DNA of 57,056 nt, counting the filler, from Jimgerdemannia flammicorona (Eukaryota): assembly GCA_003990765.1 (NCBI GenBank). It is 3 parts of 3 records of this genome, joined end to end, with 100 filler letters (N's around TTAATTAATTAA, not from the genome) between each part and the next. Parts side by side here need not be neighbours in the genome. Positions count along the whole stretch, not along the records: positions 1 to 18,954 come from RBNJ01002065.1; 2 more parts are not named here. One strand, given 5' to 3'. The translations under genes and the position numbers were made by a program. Below are positions 1 to 13,285 of the stretch, piece by piece; position 1 is the first letter of the stretch, and the number at the start of each line of letters is the position of its first letter. The notes beneath the pieces are model-generated. The model searched no databases, had not been told where the DNA came from, and saw nothing but the letters and a program-made list of their open reading frames with translations.

Positions 1-162
1 AAAATAAAAAATAAAAAATAAAAAATAAAAAATAAAAAATAAAAAATAAAAAATAAAAAATAAAAAATAAAAAATAAAAAATAAAAAATAAAAAATAAAA
101 AATAAAAAATAAAAAATAAAAAATAAAAAATAAAAAATAAAAAATAAAAAATAAAAAATAAA
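1..162 (+). repeat. (AAAAAAT)n microsatellite, ~23 units; possibly an expanded retroelement A-tail
   Basis: T recurs every 7 nt from position 5 to 159. A similar A/T-patterned tail ends the retroposon at 55426-55460. Confidence 0.9.
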
Positions 163-544
163 GCATTTGTTCTACATGCAGTGCACACAGCGCGGAATGA
201 TTGTAGCGGGAATTACCGTTTTTCAATGTAATATTCCGTTTAGGCGATCGCCGCGGTCGGAAGGCGTGGGCTTTCGAATTTTCCTGTTAGGAAATTATGG
301 CGTCCCATAGATGACGTATACATCTACTCGAGTTGCATATTTCAACAAGAACAACAATCATATTGTTTTTGTCTCCTAGCCAAGAGGCTCATAACGTTTT
401 TTCGCGCAGCTCATGGTCATGCTCTATATCTCTGCTGTATTCGGAGCCGAGGAGGGAGGAGGGGTCGAAACGATTACAGTGATGATGTCGATGCAAGCCA
501 CCTGTATTTTGACGCACAGTTTAGTCACATGATAATTTAATCTA

Positions 545-2722
545 TTACATAGCCCGCAGAAAAAGGAGCCCGTCGAGGGGCCACAGGAAGGTTCAGACGA
601 GGACCGCTGAATGTTATTCAGCCGCGATGTGTTCAGCCCGAGCATCGAGAGCTCCATTATGAGGGGAGACAGGTATGTACCTCTTCCATTCTTTTGACCC
701 TCGATTCGGCTGGAACATGTCCACCAACGTTCTATGCTTTTCCTGATCCCATATAACCCTAACTTCAACTTTGGCGTGAAACAAACCAACGAAACCAAAT
801 TCCCCTGGCCACTGTCCAATGTCCTAGGCGAGGCTACGGACGAGCCGCTCGACCGGCTGGGACAGTTCCTCTTGCTCAAGGGAAGAAGAACGACATCAAG
901 GGTGTCGTTAGGCTTGTCGAGAAGTAAGTCCAGGGACAAAGGCGAAGGGGTATTTTGTCACAAGAATAATGTAGAGATCATGAATAACGTGTCCCTCTTC
1001 ATATAATGAATCGTGATGACTCTCAGTTTCCCGCCCAACCTCAAATACCACTCCGTATCTGATACGACGGGCGAGATCTCAAGGACGCTACCGACTCGTC
1101 TGGCAGAACAATCTGATCTTCGCGCAGAAGATAGCGGGGTAAGTGGATCTCGTGCTTCCTTCTGAATTCGATTGGTTTGAATGGCGTCACGCATGGCTGT
1201 TGTACATATATCTCATCACACTTATCCTTTCAAAAAATAAATAAAGGCACAGACGCGATTACTACTGTCATTCGTTTTCGGCGACTGGTAGCGCGACGGC
1301 AGCAAAGCAGCTCAGGGAAGGACGGACCAGGAACCCGGGAAATGGAATCCACGCGTGCGTAGTTTTCTGTTCTCAAATTCGTCCGTTGGAAGAGAAGATG
1401 AAGGAGGTAGTCGAGATTGAAGGTACGTATATACATGCTTCGTCGTCTCTTTAATTTTTTGAGGGGATGTTTGAGGGCGTAATTTGCATCGATCTTCTTC
1501 TGATCCCCTTTCCCCACATTCTCAAACAGTCACAAGCCAAGAGATTGGCCAAGCACTCGCCAATCGCGGTAATCATCGCCCAAGCGAGCACATTGGTGAA
1601 CGCCAAACCCTCTCGCCTGATTGGTTACACATGCGTACGCCCCTTGATGACGTGCGCACGCGCGAACCCGACCTTGGCAACCTGACCGCCGACCACATGC
1701 AGCAGGCCTACGCCTCCTGCACCCACACGGGTGTCGACTTCGCCATCTGCTGCGGCGGAACCAAACGCGGCGACCCCACCATCGACAAGGCGTCATCATC
1801 CTTGGTTACATTATGAACTTCTTTCCATCCGAGGATCCCGTCATCGTAATCCATATTTCCGGCGCGCGCGTTCTAGAGGGACTCGAAAACTCTTTCGCCG
1901 TGTACTCGAACCAGGAGGGAAGGTTTCCGCAGGTCGCATCAACTGGGACCCGAATGGCGAGCCGGTTATTAGGGTACGAAATGTGCTCGTTACGAATTCG
2001 AACGGCGATAATCGTCACAGCAGAGGGAAATAGTGCACAGCATCCGTGGGGACGTCGTCCGGACAGACCTGCACTGTTGCCGTCCGAGCCGTAGGGCAAG
2101 CCATTTGATCTGAAGCGAGTGTATGTGCTGGCGACGCGGGAGTATATGGCACAGGGGTGACTCCGCCCCAGGGCTCCATCGTAGACGGGGAAAACGGTAT
2201 GCTCATCTCGGCCCTATTTCGGCGCTACTTTTGGACTCAAGTACGTCGACGCCATGCGCATCCACGTTGAGAACAAATACATGAGGCTGTCCGCGTGCGG
2301 CGACGGCACGCTAGGAACGCGCGCGCTAGGCGGTGGCTGCGCCGGAATCTTCGGGGCCGAGACGCCTTCCGGGACCGAGATTTCCGAATCGCGAGACCAG
2401 CGGGACCGTCCTCCGTCACGTGCTCAGCCTCATGGCGGGTCGCGTGCGCTCGCGGCGCACTTACGATCAAGGGTGGGATACGCGAGGCGCTCACGCATTC
2501 GGTGAAAAGACGAGCGTTGTCAGAGAGGCGCGCATAGGTCTAGGGTTGGAGAGGATGCCGAGGGCGCGAAGTTTATGAGGAGGTGCGAGGAAAAATTAAG
2601 GGAGGAGATGGAGAGAGAGAGTAAGGAGATTGAGGGAAGAGTATGTGGTTAGGTTGGTCAGGAAGTGGGCTAGTACTGGGCCTGTGGTTGAGGGGAGGAT
2701 TGCCGAGGTTGCGGAATGGTAG
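545..2722 (+). pseudogene. 5'-nucleotidase (calcineurin-like metallophosphoesterase + 5'-nucleotidase C-terminal domain), decayed
   Basis: Family motifs in order: PQKKEPV; LFSRDVFSPSIESSIMRG (cf. FSGDxFxPS); NFNFGV..TKFPWPLSNV (cf. GNHxFDFG..FPWLxSN); DLGNLTAD; FAICCGGT; FPSEDPVIVIHISG..LENS..QEGRFPQV; LATREYMAQG; ENGMLIS; GPVVEGRI before TAG 2720-2722. In-frame stops, a frameshift near 1785 and altered metal-binding motifs. The 5' boundary is approximate. Confidence 0.8.
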
Positions 2723-3169
2723 AATGGGGTAGGTGTGTTAGGTGGGTTGTCACAATTCCTGGGTTCTGATGTTCGATATTAATTTACACTATCCGAATTT
2801 CGTTTCTTTGTAAATTTGTCATTAAATATCAAAAAAAAAATAAAAAATAAAAATAAAAAAAAAAAACCCCGCAACATTCTACATTTCGTCCTTCTTTCTA
2901 TCTCACGGTCATCTTCGGAACCTCGGAAAGGCCCTGTTCCCAACCCATCCGATAACCTCGAACCTTTGACTGCCCGATCGCACATGACCCCTGTTTTCGT
3001 CCTTGCCAGAGGAATATACTTTACCGAAAGAGAATTTCGCCTCCCCAAAAAGAATAACCTTCGAATATGCTCGAAGGTTCTGCAAATGACGCGCTTTACG
3101 GTGACGTAAATACAGCGGTCATGTGACATACTCCGAGTGTCAAAAATCGAAATCGTCCTTGAGTCAAAA

Positions 3170-6100
3170 AATCTAGCCAACCAGACCCTCCAGACAGTCA
3201 TAAGCCTTCTCCTGATCCAAAAAGACCAGGTGCCCATCCAATCCACAGGCCTGTGCCCTTTCAATAATATCTTGTACCCAAGCTGTACCATCCTGAATAA
3301 GTTGGCCACTGACAAATCCCCATTATTCCACCCCCAAGATCTGCTGGGCCACCTTCTGCAGCCTCACTACTACCACCTTAGTAATTAACTTCCTGTCCAT
3401 GTCCAGTAGCATAATTAGTCTCCAGTTCCTCCAGTCCTCCCTCCTGCCCTTGTTCTTATACAGCAGCACTACAAGCTCCAGATCCTGCTCCCCTACCCAT
3501 CTTCTGAACTTCAGTATCAAGTCACAGAGTGCCCTCAGTTCTCCAAGCACACTGGGAACTTCCACCATCTTCTACCAGAAAGCCCAGGGCAGGCCATCCT
3601 CACCTGGTGCTGTACCTAGCATAGTTGTAGCAAGAACCTGGTAAATCTTCTTCTTCTACACTGGCATCACCAGATCACCCAGCCCTTCTGCCTGTGACAG
3701 GTACCAATTCTCCAAGGTATGACCAATGGTAACCTCATCTGCCCCACCCTCCTCCTCACTCCACAAACCACTCCATTGCTTCTTCAGTGACCTGAGAATG
3801 TTCTGTATACTATGTATCAATATCTCTTCAGAGTCAAGAATCCCTCTCATCTCTGCCAAACCCTCCTTGTCTGAAGAGCTCTCATGAGAAACTTAGAGGG
3901 CCTCTTTTCTTCCTCCAGCCCCTGCCAATGGAGATGTACTGTCATACTCTGTACCTGTGCTTCCTCCTCCTCTCACAATATCTGTTATAACTCCACAACC
4001 TCTTTCTTTACCTGTAGTGATCTCCAATCCTCTACCCCCTCCAGGACCACCAAATCTACCCAATCTTCTAACAACCTCATCAGCCTAGCAGAAGCCCACA
4101 ACCTCTTCTTTCTCCTCTGTTTTCTAGCTGCTATATCTGTCTCCCTCTAATAGATCTTAGCAGCCTCCTTTAGCCTCATCTATTGAACATCAACTGAGGT
4201 ACCTTTCTGTATCCACTCCTTTATCTACTGCTAAATATCCTCAGTTCACTTGTCCCATATAACCATTATGTCTAATAGGGAGGAGTTGAGGCACCAATGT
4301 CCTGGTCCATCCCCACTCTCCCCAAAATGGCCCTGTTCTAGCAATCTCTAATGATCTGACCATGGACACCATTCCATCTCTAGAGACCTCTACACATCTA
4401 GACCCCAGCAGACTACCATCAAAATCCAGTCAATTCTCATCCCCAGACCACTCACCCAGTGTATATATATTCTTCTGTCATCTCATAACTCCCTGCCAGC
4501 ATCCACCAAAGCACTCAGCCTCTCAACTTCCTCTCATGCCTCCAAACCTCCACTCCTCCCCTCCATCCCCTGCCCTCCATCAGTTCTATCCAATGGTGTA
4601 TCTCTTATGTATCATATTAAAGTCTCCTCCAAGTACATTCACTCTAGTCTCTGCTAGCATTCCCTCCTCCTGAAGACCCTTTACCCACTCAACACACTCA
4701 CTCCTCACTACAGAACAGTAGCAGGATTCAACTGTAACTGGTCCCCAATCAGTGCAAATCCACTCCCCCCAAACCAGCCTATCTCTTCAGTTCTGTACAT
4801 CCTGGATCTCTCCTCTGTCCTTCCTGATCAGAATTCCAACCTTACTCTTCCAAACTGCCTCCCCTCCCTATTTCTTTGTCTATTCCAGTTTATCTAAATC
4901 ATCCTCATATCTGACATTCTGCAAAATAAAGAGATTGGCCTCCAATTTCTTCAGCCAAGCAAAAATGTTTCATCCATAAAAGGAACCCCTGAGTCTATTC
5001 ACATTTAGAGAGAAAATGTTAGTTGTACTGTTCATAAGAAATAATGTATAAAAGAAAGTATATTCTCTACTGCTCTATGTTTTCTCATCCTGAGCCAGGT
5101 CCAAATCATACTCTACAGCTTCCTCCTCCTCTACAATCCTCTTTTCCTCCAATCCAGCCAGAAGTTCCTTAAGTTCCCCATCTTTCTTCTCCTCAAATTC
5201 ATCACAATACTCCAGGCAGATCTCCTGTCATAGCTGCAGTCCATGCCACTTCACCCAACAGAAAGCAGTTCTTTCACTAGCAACAACTACCAGCCCAACC
5301 TCTCTCTCCTTATCAACCTCATACCCTTCCTTCTCTAGGCAAATTGCAAGAATCTCTACCTTCAGCACCTCTACCACTCCCTCACTATACAGAATATAAG
5401 CCCAATACTCATCACTCATTACTTGCAAGTCCACCTCCCCCAGCTCCTCTGCCATAAAGTTATTCATCATCTTGCAGATTTCCCACCTCCTTCTCTCTGA
5501 GAGTTGCTGGTCTCCCTCTATCCAGCATTGAGATATCAGCTCCCATGCTTGCAGCCTCATCCCACTCCTCCTTCTGAACATCCACCAGTTTATTCTTATC
5601 TATTACCACCACCTACCCCCCCCTTTGCTATCTCAGGAACTTCAAAGTGTACTCTCCAGGCTCTCTGCATAGGTATATCCTCCACCACTCTGCCCCTCAA
5701 AGCTGGGCCTCATCTGATAAGTAGTGTAGGGGATAGAGATGGCCCTCAAACCTCAAAGGTACCATCTACATAAGGGTTATTACTCTTCACCTCCTCTCTC
5801 TCTCCTGGCTCATTCCCTGTATTCTCTTCATCCTTGCTAGTCCAGATGCTCTCCTTGGCTCTCTCTTCAATTTCAATACTACTAGTATCTGCCTTTGCCC
5901 TGCTTTCCAGCTTTGCCAACAGCTCTCTCTACCTCTTGCATCCTTGGGATCTTTCCCACCACCCCTTATTGACCCAAATCCTCTTTCTATTCATTACTTC
6001 CAAATGTGTCAACTCAACATACACCTTTCAAGCCTTAGCCCTCCTCTCTACAGCACTGCTCAGCTCTTCCAATACCTCTAGCAGGTCCTCTTTCTCCTCT

Positions 6101-7142
6101 TCACTCCTCTTCACCCTCATCACCTTATACAGAAAAGCCCCCCAGACTATCACCAAAGGCCAGTCTCTAGCCTTCCTGGTAGCTTCCTTTCCTGCCAACC
6201 AAATTCAAACATCAACATCCCTAGTCCTGAATGAGGTCCCCTCTCAGACCTGAAACCCAACATTGACTACCTCACCATACTCTGCCATGACATCTACAAC
6301 CCTCCTCCTCATCTCCTCAGCCATCACTGTAGGCACTCCCTTTACTAGTAATTACACCACTCTGGGGTCCCACCTCAGGCAGCACACTATCAGAATACAT
6401 ACCTCTCCAACTGTCAACCCTATCTTCAGTACCTCCTCCAACAGTCCAGTCTCCTTAAAGTCCACCTCTACTCCTTCCAGTCCCTTCAGGAACTTCATGG
6501 ATACTGCTCCAGCCACCTGCTTCACAATCAGCCCCAAGACCATTTTTGCTGTCACTGCTAAGCCCTGGAAGCACAAGGTAACTGTAAACTCCAAGATTGA
6601 CTTCTTGAGTAATGGTGCCACCACCAGTCCCATTACACCATCTGCCAGATCACTAGGCCTCATATCTTTCCCACTGCTTGGTCTACTATCAGCAGTCTCA
6701 TCTAGATTTTTTTCCTGATCACCAGTCATGCTCCCATCAGCAGTCACCCCCTCAGCCCCTATACCACTAGCCCCACCACTCTGGCCCCCCAGAGAGACTT
6801 CCCCAGGAGGCTGCTGCCCTGCAGTCTTTGCTGTCACATTATCCTGCCTCAGCCAACTCTCCAGCCCAGCTCCCTGCTGCCCCCCCTTCATTTTCTCCAT
6901 AAAGCTCACTCTCCCTATCCCCTGGCCTCCAGCACTGCTCTCTCCCCTACCACATCCTCCTGTCAGCAGACCCCTCATACTTCTCCCTAAGCCAGAGCCC
7001 CTCCCCACATACTGCCAGTCAAAAGCACCTGAACCACCCTGCCCAGTATATATCTCAGAATACTCATTAGTTGCTATCATATTAATAGCTTTTCTCCAGA
7101 AACTATATTTAAAGTATTGCCAAAAGGTTGTGTAACCTGAAT
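3170..7142 (-). mobile_element. L1/Tx1-type LINE copy 1: 5' end intact, truncated inside RT, decayed
   Basis: Colinear with the LINE at 13219-18954: ORF1 (LAVTAKMVLGLIVKQVAGA, CLRWDPRVV), APE start MNSTTNIFSLNVN, RT NWRLIMLLDMDRKLITKV..LDQEKAYD, then an abrupt break near 3170. Confidence 0.9.
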
Positions 7143-8159
7143 GTTGAACTTGACATCATTCTTGATGAGTTCATAAATTGGATCTATAATATTAGAGAAT
7201 CCTCTGATAAATCTATAGTAGTATGAGGTGAGTCTCATGAAGGCTTGAGCTTCAGTGATAGTAGTGGGCCTTGGGTATACTGCTACTGCTTGAATCTTGA
7301 GAGGGTCTGTATATATTCTATCTTGGTTGATAATGTGACCAAGATAGGAGCTCTCAATTTCTGCAAACTTGTACTTCTTCAGCTTAATATATAGACTATA
7401 CTTCTTTATCTTTTCTATCATCTGCTGGATATGCTACAGATATTCTTCAGCTATCTTATTGTAGATAATAATATCATCTACATAAACCATCATCCATCTT
7501 ATTATATTATAGTGAAAGATTTTGTTCATTATTCACTGAAAGCTTGCTGGTGTATTGTATATTTTAAATGATATTTACAGATAGACATAGGTTCTGTCTG
7601 GGGTAATGAAGGCTGATTTTTCACTTGCTGCTTTAGTGAGACCAATCTGGTAGAATCCTGAGTATAAATCCAAGATACTGTAATACTGTGCTTCATCTTC
7701 CAGAGTTACAAGGATGTCACTAATGAGGGACAGTGATTAACAATTTATCTTTATAGCCAGATTGAGCTCCTTGTAATTAGTACAGAGTCTTGGGACAAAT
7801 TCTTCCTTTTTTCAGATCCAATACAACTGGTGAAGTCTAAAGACTACTGACTTCTTTAATGATACTGGCTTCTTCCATCTACTTGATGTCTACTCTGAGC
7901 CATTCACAATATACTGGCAGGATTGGTCTTGCTTTTTGATAAATTGGTTCAGTATCTCCTATATCTACATTATAATAGTAGTGTGGAGTCTTTCTCTTGA
8001 TATTCTTGAAGTCTGTGGCTAGGACATCCTTGAATTCATAGAGTATCTTCTTGAGCTCCTTCTTGAGTGAGAATTTATCTCCAATGGTATAGCTATACTT
8101 GTTTGTAGTTTCCTCCTTCTTGTGGTCTAGTTCAGTGATCTTAGTACTAGTAAATACTT

Positions 8160-8520
8160 TACTTTCAATAGATCCAAATCCTTTCCTTCCTCTTTCCATT
8201 TTCTCTAACTTCTTAACTTCTATGATCTTGGCTAAAGAACTGGGAAGATCAATATCTGTTCCAATTGGTCCTTATTCTTGATTGGAAATAGAATCATGGA
8301 GTTGTGGTTCCTTACAATGAGTAGTATTTCTCTAATATAGTCTGAATCAATGACTTCCCCTTCAATAGTAATTTCCCTCTTGGCCAGGCTGCTTCTTGTC
8401 TTGAGGATCCTGACACAGTTCTTTGGAATGGTTATTTCCAGACCAGTTGTAAGCAGGGTAGTTGTTTGGGGCTCTAGTACAGTTTTCTCTACTGTGGCAA
8501 TATCTATTCTAGCTATATTC
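8160..8520 (-). pseudogene. dUTPase domain of element A, between protease and RT
   Basis: TTGLEITIP..TRSSLAK..IEGEVIDSDYIREI..ERGRKGFGS match trimeric dUTPase motifs II, III and V. Confidence 0.85.
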
Positions 8521-10739
8521 TCTAACTTATATTCTGGTAGAACTGTATCAGGGTGGATTTTCCAAATCTTGATCTTGATTTCTTCTTCATCATCACTATT
8601 CTCTAGGAGGGCTGGTGGTTTATCATCCTCTTCCTCCTCCTTTTCTTATCTTGTCTGTTTTTCAAGAGTCTTCTGTCTTCTTATATAGTAGATTTTCTTA
8701 ATTCTACTAATATACTGATAGCAATTATTAATATGTTTCATACAGTGCATCTTGATTCCATGAGGGCAGACTTCTTGTGATATATATTCTTCAATAATCC
8801 TTTTGCACTATTCTTCTTTACTAATCCATCCAACTTTCTTCTTCTTTTTCTGGGTAGTTACCATATAGACTTCTTCTTGTTCTCTTTTTTCTTTCTCTAT
8901 CTCAGACAGTACTTCTTTGTTAATATTGATGGAAATTTACATCTTCTGATCTCAGTAGATAATCTGCATCTTCTGGACATTGAGGCCAATTATTGCTCTG
9001 GCTTTATGAAGCCACTGATTGCTGATGAGAATGTCATAGTTGGTAGCATTGACTATAATTACATCTACTGGGATAATTATTCCTCCAAACTTAATGAAAA
9101 TATCTCAGATATTTTCTAGAAGTATGGCTCTTATACCATCTGCTATGATAAATACCAGTTTGGTTACTTCTTCAACCTCCCAATCTAGGCAGTCTGCTGC
9201 TTTCTTACTGAGGAGATATCCTTCTGCTCAAGTATCAATGATGGCCTCAAAGATTCTATCTTTGATTTGACAGGTTGTATAGATAGATATTTTGTGATTA
9301 TCTTCACTCTTTTCTCCTAAATCTTCTTGAACATTGTTGGCCTCAGTTATCTTCTAACCTTGGTCCTTGGTTGTCTCAATAAGTCCATATCTCATTTGCT
9401 ATCTAAATGTGGGTATTTCTGCCAGCGGCCAAAAGTTGCATTGATCTTATATTGACTGAGATCATTGAAGATATCATACTTAAAAGTCTTGGTCTTGCAA
9501 AGCTTCTTCTTCTTTTCTCCTTCACTGGCTGGAGTAGTTTCCTAAATGATATCTTGAACAGTCTGTTCCAGTTCTATATCTTAATTCATCTCTCCACCTT
9601 GGCTTTCTGTAGCAGTTTTCATCTATTTTTTCATAGAGTTCTTCTTTGGTCTTCCTGGTGGTCTCTTGTAGGATTGCTTGCAGATATTCTTCTTAATATT
9701 TCTGTAGAGTAGGCTTTCCTTTCTTCTTCATCTAATTCTCAAATCATCTCAAAGGTGATGGTGTTGGCCTATTCCTTATTTCAAGTAGTATTGCTTAGCT
9801 GGGTCTTATGTTTGGTTTTACTTATATATTTATATGAGTAGTGGCCTTCTTCTCCACAAGTGTAGTAAATATCTCTCTTCTTATCTGAGGTAGCAGCAAA
9901 CTTCTGAACTAGGCAGTAGTCTCTTCCTCTAATTTCCTTTACCACATCTCTAAGATAGGTAGTCATTTAGACAAGTTTCTCTATTGATAACTATTTCTCT
10001 ACTACTCAATAGCTCTTGGCTGAGATGTGTTTTGATTGATCACTATAGTAGAGATCACACTGATTGTCTTAAGTGCTTCAATTCTGACTTCAGTAATTCT
10101 TTCCATTGTATAGTCTTGTGGATGTCTGGCTATCTAGAATTGCTAGGCATAGGTGATCTTCTGTAGTAGATCCAGAACTACTGATAATGAATAGATGGCC
10201 ATAGCTATCTCTGTATGGACTTCTTTTATAAAGATTGCTTCAGCTACTTGATCTTGGATAGCATCAGCATAATCAGTAAGAATTATTTGATATCAGATTT
10301 TGGTATAGAATAAATTTGGATTCTTGCTCATTTCTTGGTATATTATATTGAGCTGATCCTTTAGGACTTACTTGATCTTATCTATGTAGTAGGTGGTTTG
10401 GAGACAGGCCTTCTGTACTGCTAGCATAGCATCATCATTATTTTTTATATGAATTATAGCTGTATATACTGCTCTTGCTAATCCTTAAAGACTGAAGAGT
10501 ATGAGGGCTACTTGCTGTCTTGCTGTCAGGGTTCTTATAGCAGTGTACTGCCTGAAATCATCAATGAAAGTGATGATGAATTTATCAGAAATATATCTAT
10601 AAAATACTGATGGTCTCATATCCATCTTGTCTAGATGTCTTGGTTTGATTTGTGTGATTGTTCAAGTGGTAGCAGTTATTCATTGTTCAGCTTGAAAGTG
10701 AGAGATTTATCTTGAATTACCAGCCAATAGACACCAAGT

Positions 10740-11184
10740 TGTAACATAGCAAACATATAACTATGTAATTACATCCGATTTCTGTATCTTGAAAACTTAA
10801 TCTTCTTTGACTCTACAGAGTTCTCAGGATACAGGGGTGGGTGAGTTCAAAGTATATCTGCCTATAGACTTACTAGTTTCTTAGCTTTCTCTTTGCTTTG
10901 AACTATTTTGATCTGAGGTTTATTCACTCTAGATACTGGGATATTTATACAAGTTTGCTAGCTATATGATGGCTAAGTTATGACTATATTTCCTGTGAGT
11001 CATTTTCTATAAGTATAGATCCTCTACATCTGTGAAATCTCTATGATCATGAAGATTCTACATCTGTAAAATCTCTATGATCATGAAGATTCTATATCTA
11101 TAGAATTTCTATATTTGTATTTGTGAAATATGACTACTATTTGTAAGGCTATACTATATTTAGTAATTGAATTCTGATACTACA
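10740..11184 (-). repeat. 5' LTR of element A, with a 34-bp tandem repeat at 11023-11112
   Basis: TGTAGT..TGTTACA on the minus strand. R/U5 is homologous to the element D LTR (23169-23639). TATA plus AATAAA core at 10913-10949. Confidence 0.8.
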
Positions 11185-11863
11185 ATCAAAAGTCTATTTC
11201 TCTGATTTATGTTACTAATTCAGATCAACTGTCACAATAAATACTTGTTTCTTTGATATTATATACAAGATAAGATCTTTCTCATTTGGGCTTCTTTTAG
11301 TAATAAAAGTTGTTTTGATTATACTTTTCTAAACTAATATTTGATTACTAATCTTAATCTTCTGATTCTTCTAATTTTGGTTCATTTTTTCTGAGCTTTA
11401 ATTATCTGAACTCAGGCTAGATTATATAATTTTATTGTTATTTTGAGGTCTCTGAGGTTCTCATGATCAGAGGTTCTAGACTTCATGGTAAATATTATCT
11501 TAAATAGCTTTTATTTAATAGAGATAGCAGGAGTGTTCTGAATTTTTTATAGGATCTCAAACAACTAGAAGTTCTAATTAGTAAGATTGACTTGGGCAAG
11601 TTCCTTCTTGATAGTCTGGTTCATTTGTTCTATCATATTATTGATTTACAGATAGTATAATAAAGTCTATTTCAGATAAATCTTATAAATTCTAATATAA
11701 CTTGTGATTATATTATTGAAAAATTCTATATCTTAGTTAGAGATAAGTTCTTCTAAGAGTCTATATCTGAGTGCGAGACTATAGAGGAGACTAACAATAG
11801 ATAAGACATCAGCAATTTCTATTAGGAAAACCTTAGACCATTGGTTAGATATTCTATAAATAC
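11185..11863 (-). mobile_element. Ty3/gypsy integrase relic (element B-like family), host of elements A and F
   Basis: Minus-strand translation VFIEYLT..IEIADVLSIV..ELISN..MIEQMNQTIKKELAQVN parallels the element B integrase (31230-31780). Confidence 0.75.
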
Positions 11864-13218
11864 TGTAATAGTGATCTCAGAATGGTGACATTATCATAGA
11901 AGACAGCCTTTCCTTACAAGCCACTAGATTAGAATATAAGAAGATCATACAGCATGACTCACCCAGGCTACAAGATGAGTAATGATGACAAATTATGAGT
12001 CATGATGACTATAAGATAGATATCTCAAGAAGTATAAGATAAGGACTAAGAAACTGTAGCAGTAGCAACTCAAACAAGACTTACAAAATCATGCAATAGT
12101 TTGAAAGACTCACTATAAACAAAATTTCTGCTGCTTGCCAAACCTCAAGATCCAGGAATCACCAAGATCTCTCAGTTTAAGAAAAAAAATATTTCAAGAC
12201 ATCAGGAGAGTCATAAGGACCTATACTAAAAGGATCTCTAACCTTAACTTGGGTACTGGTGATCCTTACAACTTTACTCTCTACTGCTATGAAATGGAAA
12301 CAAGGATCACTACTACTACCAAATGCCTATGGATGTAGCAGGAATACAAAATAGGACATCTTCTCTAATAGGAATTCTCTCAGGCCAGTCTCCAAGAAAT
12401 ATAAGATAACACCTCTATAAATGTATATGAATTGAGAGTGGCCAAAAAGATCTATTAGGTCTTCAGATATACATCTTGATCAATCCCCAACTTGGAGTAT
12501 ACCAGAGTCTCAGACTTTAAGAAATTATCAGCTCACTGCACAGATATACTAGAGGCCATGGTTGCCACAGAAGCCCAATCCACTATTACTCTCAAAAGTG
12601 ATAAGGTAGAAGAGTTCTGGAATCTCATTCTCCAGATCAATCCAGATCAAATCCTATAAAGATTAATCTTAGTATTCCAAGGCCCCAGTATTCAGATCAG
12701 ACCTCCTCAAGATCTCACCTTTGTCTCCTACTTTGTAGAAAAAAACATCATAGACTGAAGAGCCTCTGATCTTTATTCCACCACTATTAAATATAATGAT
12801 ATCACTGGTGATAACATTATTCTGCTAATTGACACATATGAAATAAATAAAACAGAAATATTTGCTGACCTTATTTCCTTTGAAGATATTCTATTCCCAA
12901 CCTCTAGTCTTGATGATAGTAATGAAGATAAAGCTCCCAGGATTCTGAACATTCTACTCTAATTTGTTTATATAACTATTTGTTTGAATACTTGAATGTT
13001 CTGATATTCTGACTTCATGCAACTGTCAGAAATTATTCCAGCATTCTGATCTTATACTACCAATTATACAGATACTCAAATTTGTACTTACAATCTGAAG
13101 TTTTCTATGTTCAAGTATCTTATTTAGTTATTGGATTTTATATTTAGCTTTATATCTTAGCAATTATTGAATTATATTTTGTATAAATACCCCTTTTATT
13201 TCACCTTTCTCCTGTACA
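11864..13218 (+). mobile_element. Putative long LTR (element F) containing a decayed ORF, interrupted by LINE copy 2
   Basis: Begins TGTAATAG exactly where the integrase relic breaks. GTATAAATACCCC TATA box at 13181 matches the element C LTR TATA. No internal domains or second LTR are visible. Confidence 0.6.
12091..12962 (+). pseudogene. Accessory ORF of unknown function in element F (~290 codons)
   Basis: One continuous frame from ~12190 to TAA 12960-12962 (..EYKIGHLL..YELRVAKKIY*VFRY..SDFKKLS..SSLDDSNEDKAP). Internal stops are explainable as CAA/CAG/CGA transitions. Probable ATG at 12091 with a slip in an A-run. Confidence 0.6.
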
Positions 13219-13285
13219 ATTCACGTTACACAAAAAACTTCAAGCAATGGTTTTTGACACAACTAGGAGAAAAGGTACTATCAAG

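Larger units (their letters stand above)
7143..11184 (-). mobile_element. Ty3/gypsy element A (5' LTR-gag-PR-dUTPase-RT), cut by LINE copy 1
   Basis: LTR 10740-11184 with TG..CA ends, then PBS-like ACTTGGTGTC. Zinc knuckle YTCGEEGHYSYK (~9860), protease AIIDT (~9240), dUTPase (~8160-8520), RT YLGHII..TDPLKIQAV..FIRGFSNI. Confidence 0.88.

Noticed and set aside
1..162. Telomeric repeat
   Set aside because: A6T lacks the G-rich strand typical of fungal telomeres and resembles the retroposon tails in this window.
384..398. GGCTCATAAC, like the tRNA-iMet anticodon loop or a PBS
   Set aside because: No cloverleaf, B box or adjacent LTR; short chance match.
2779..3315. 178-aa minus-strand ORF and 97-aa plus-strand ORF
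   Set aside because: Out-of-frame LINE sequence joined to unique DNA and an A/T tract; no recognisable domain.
3137..7135. Many Ser/Pro/Leu-rich ORFs antisense to the LINEs (also on the minus strand of 13240-18909)
   Set aside because: Shadow ORFs caused by strand composition bias; no motifs.
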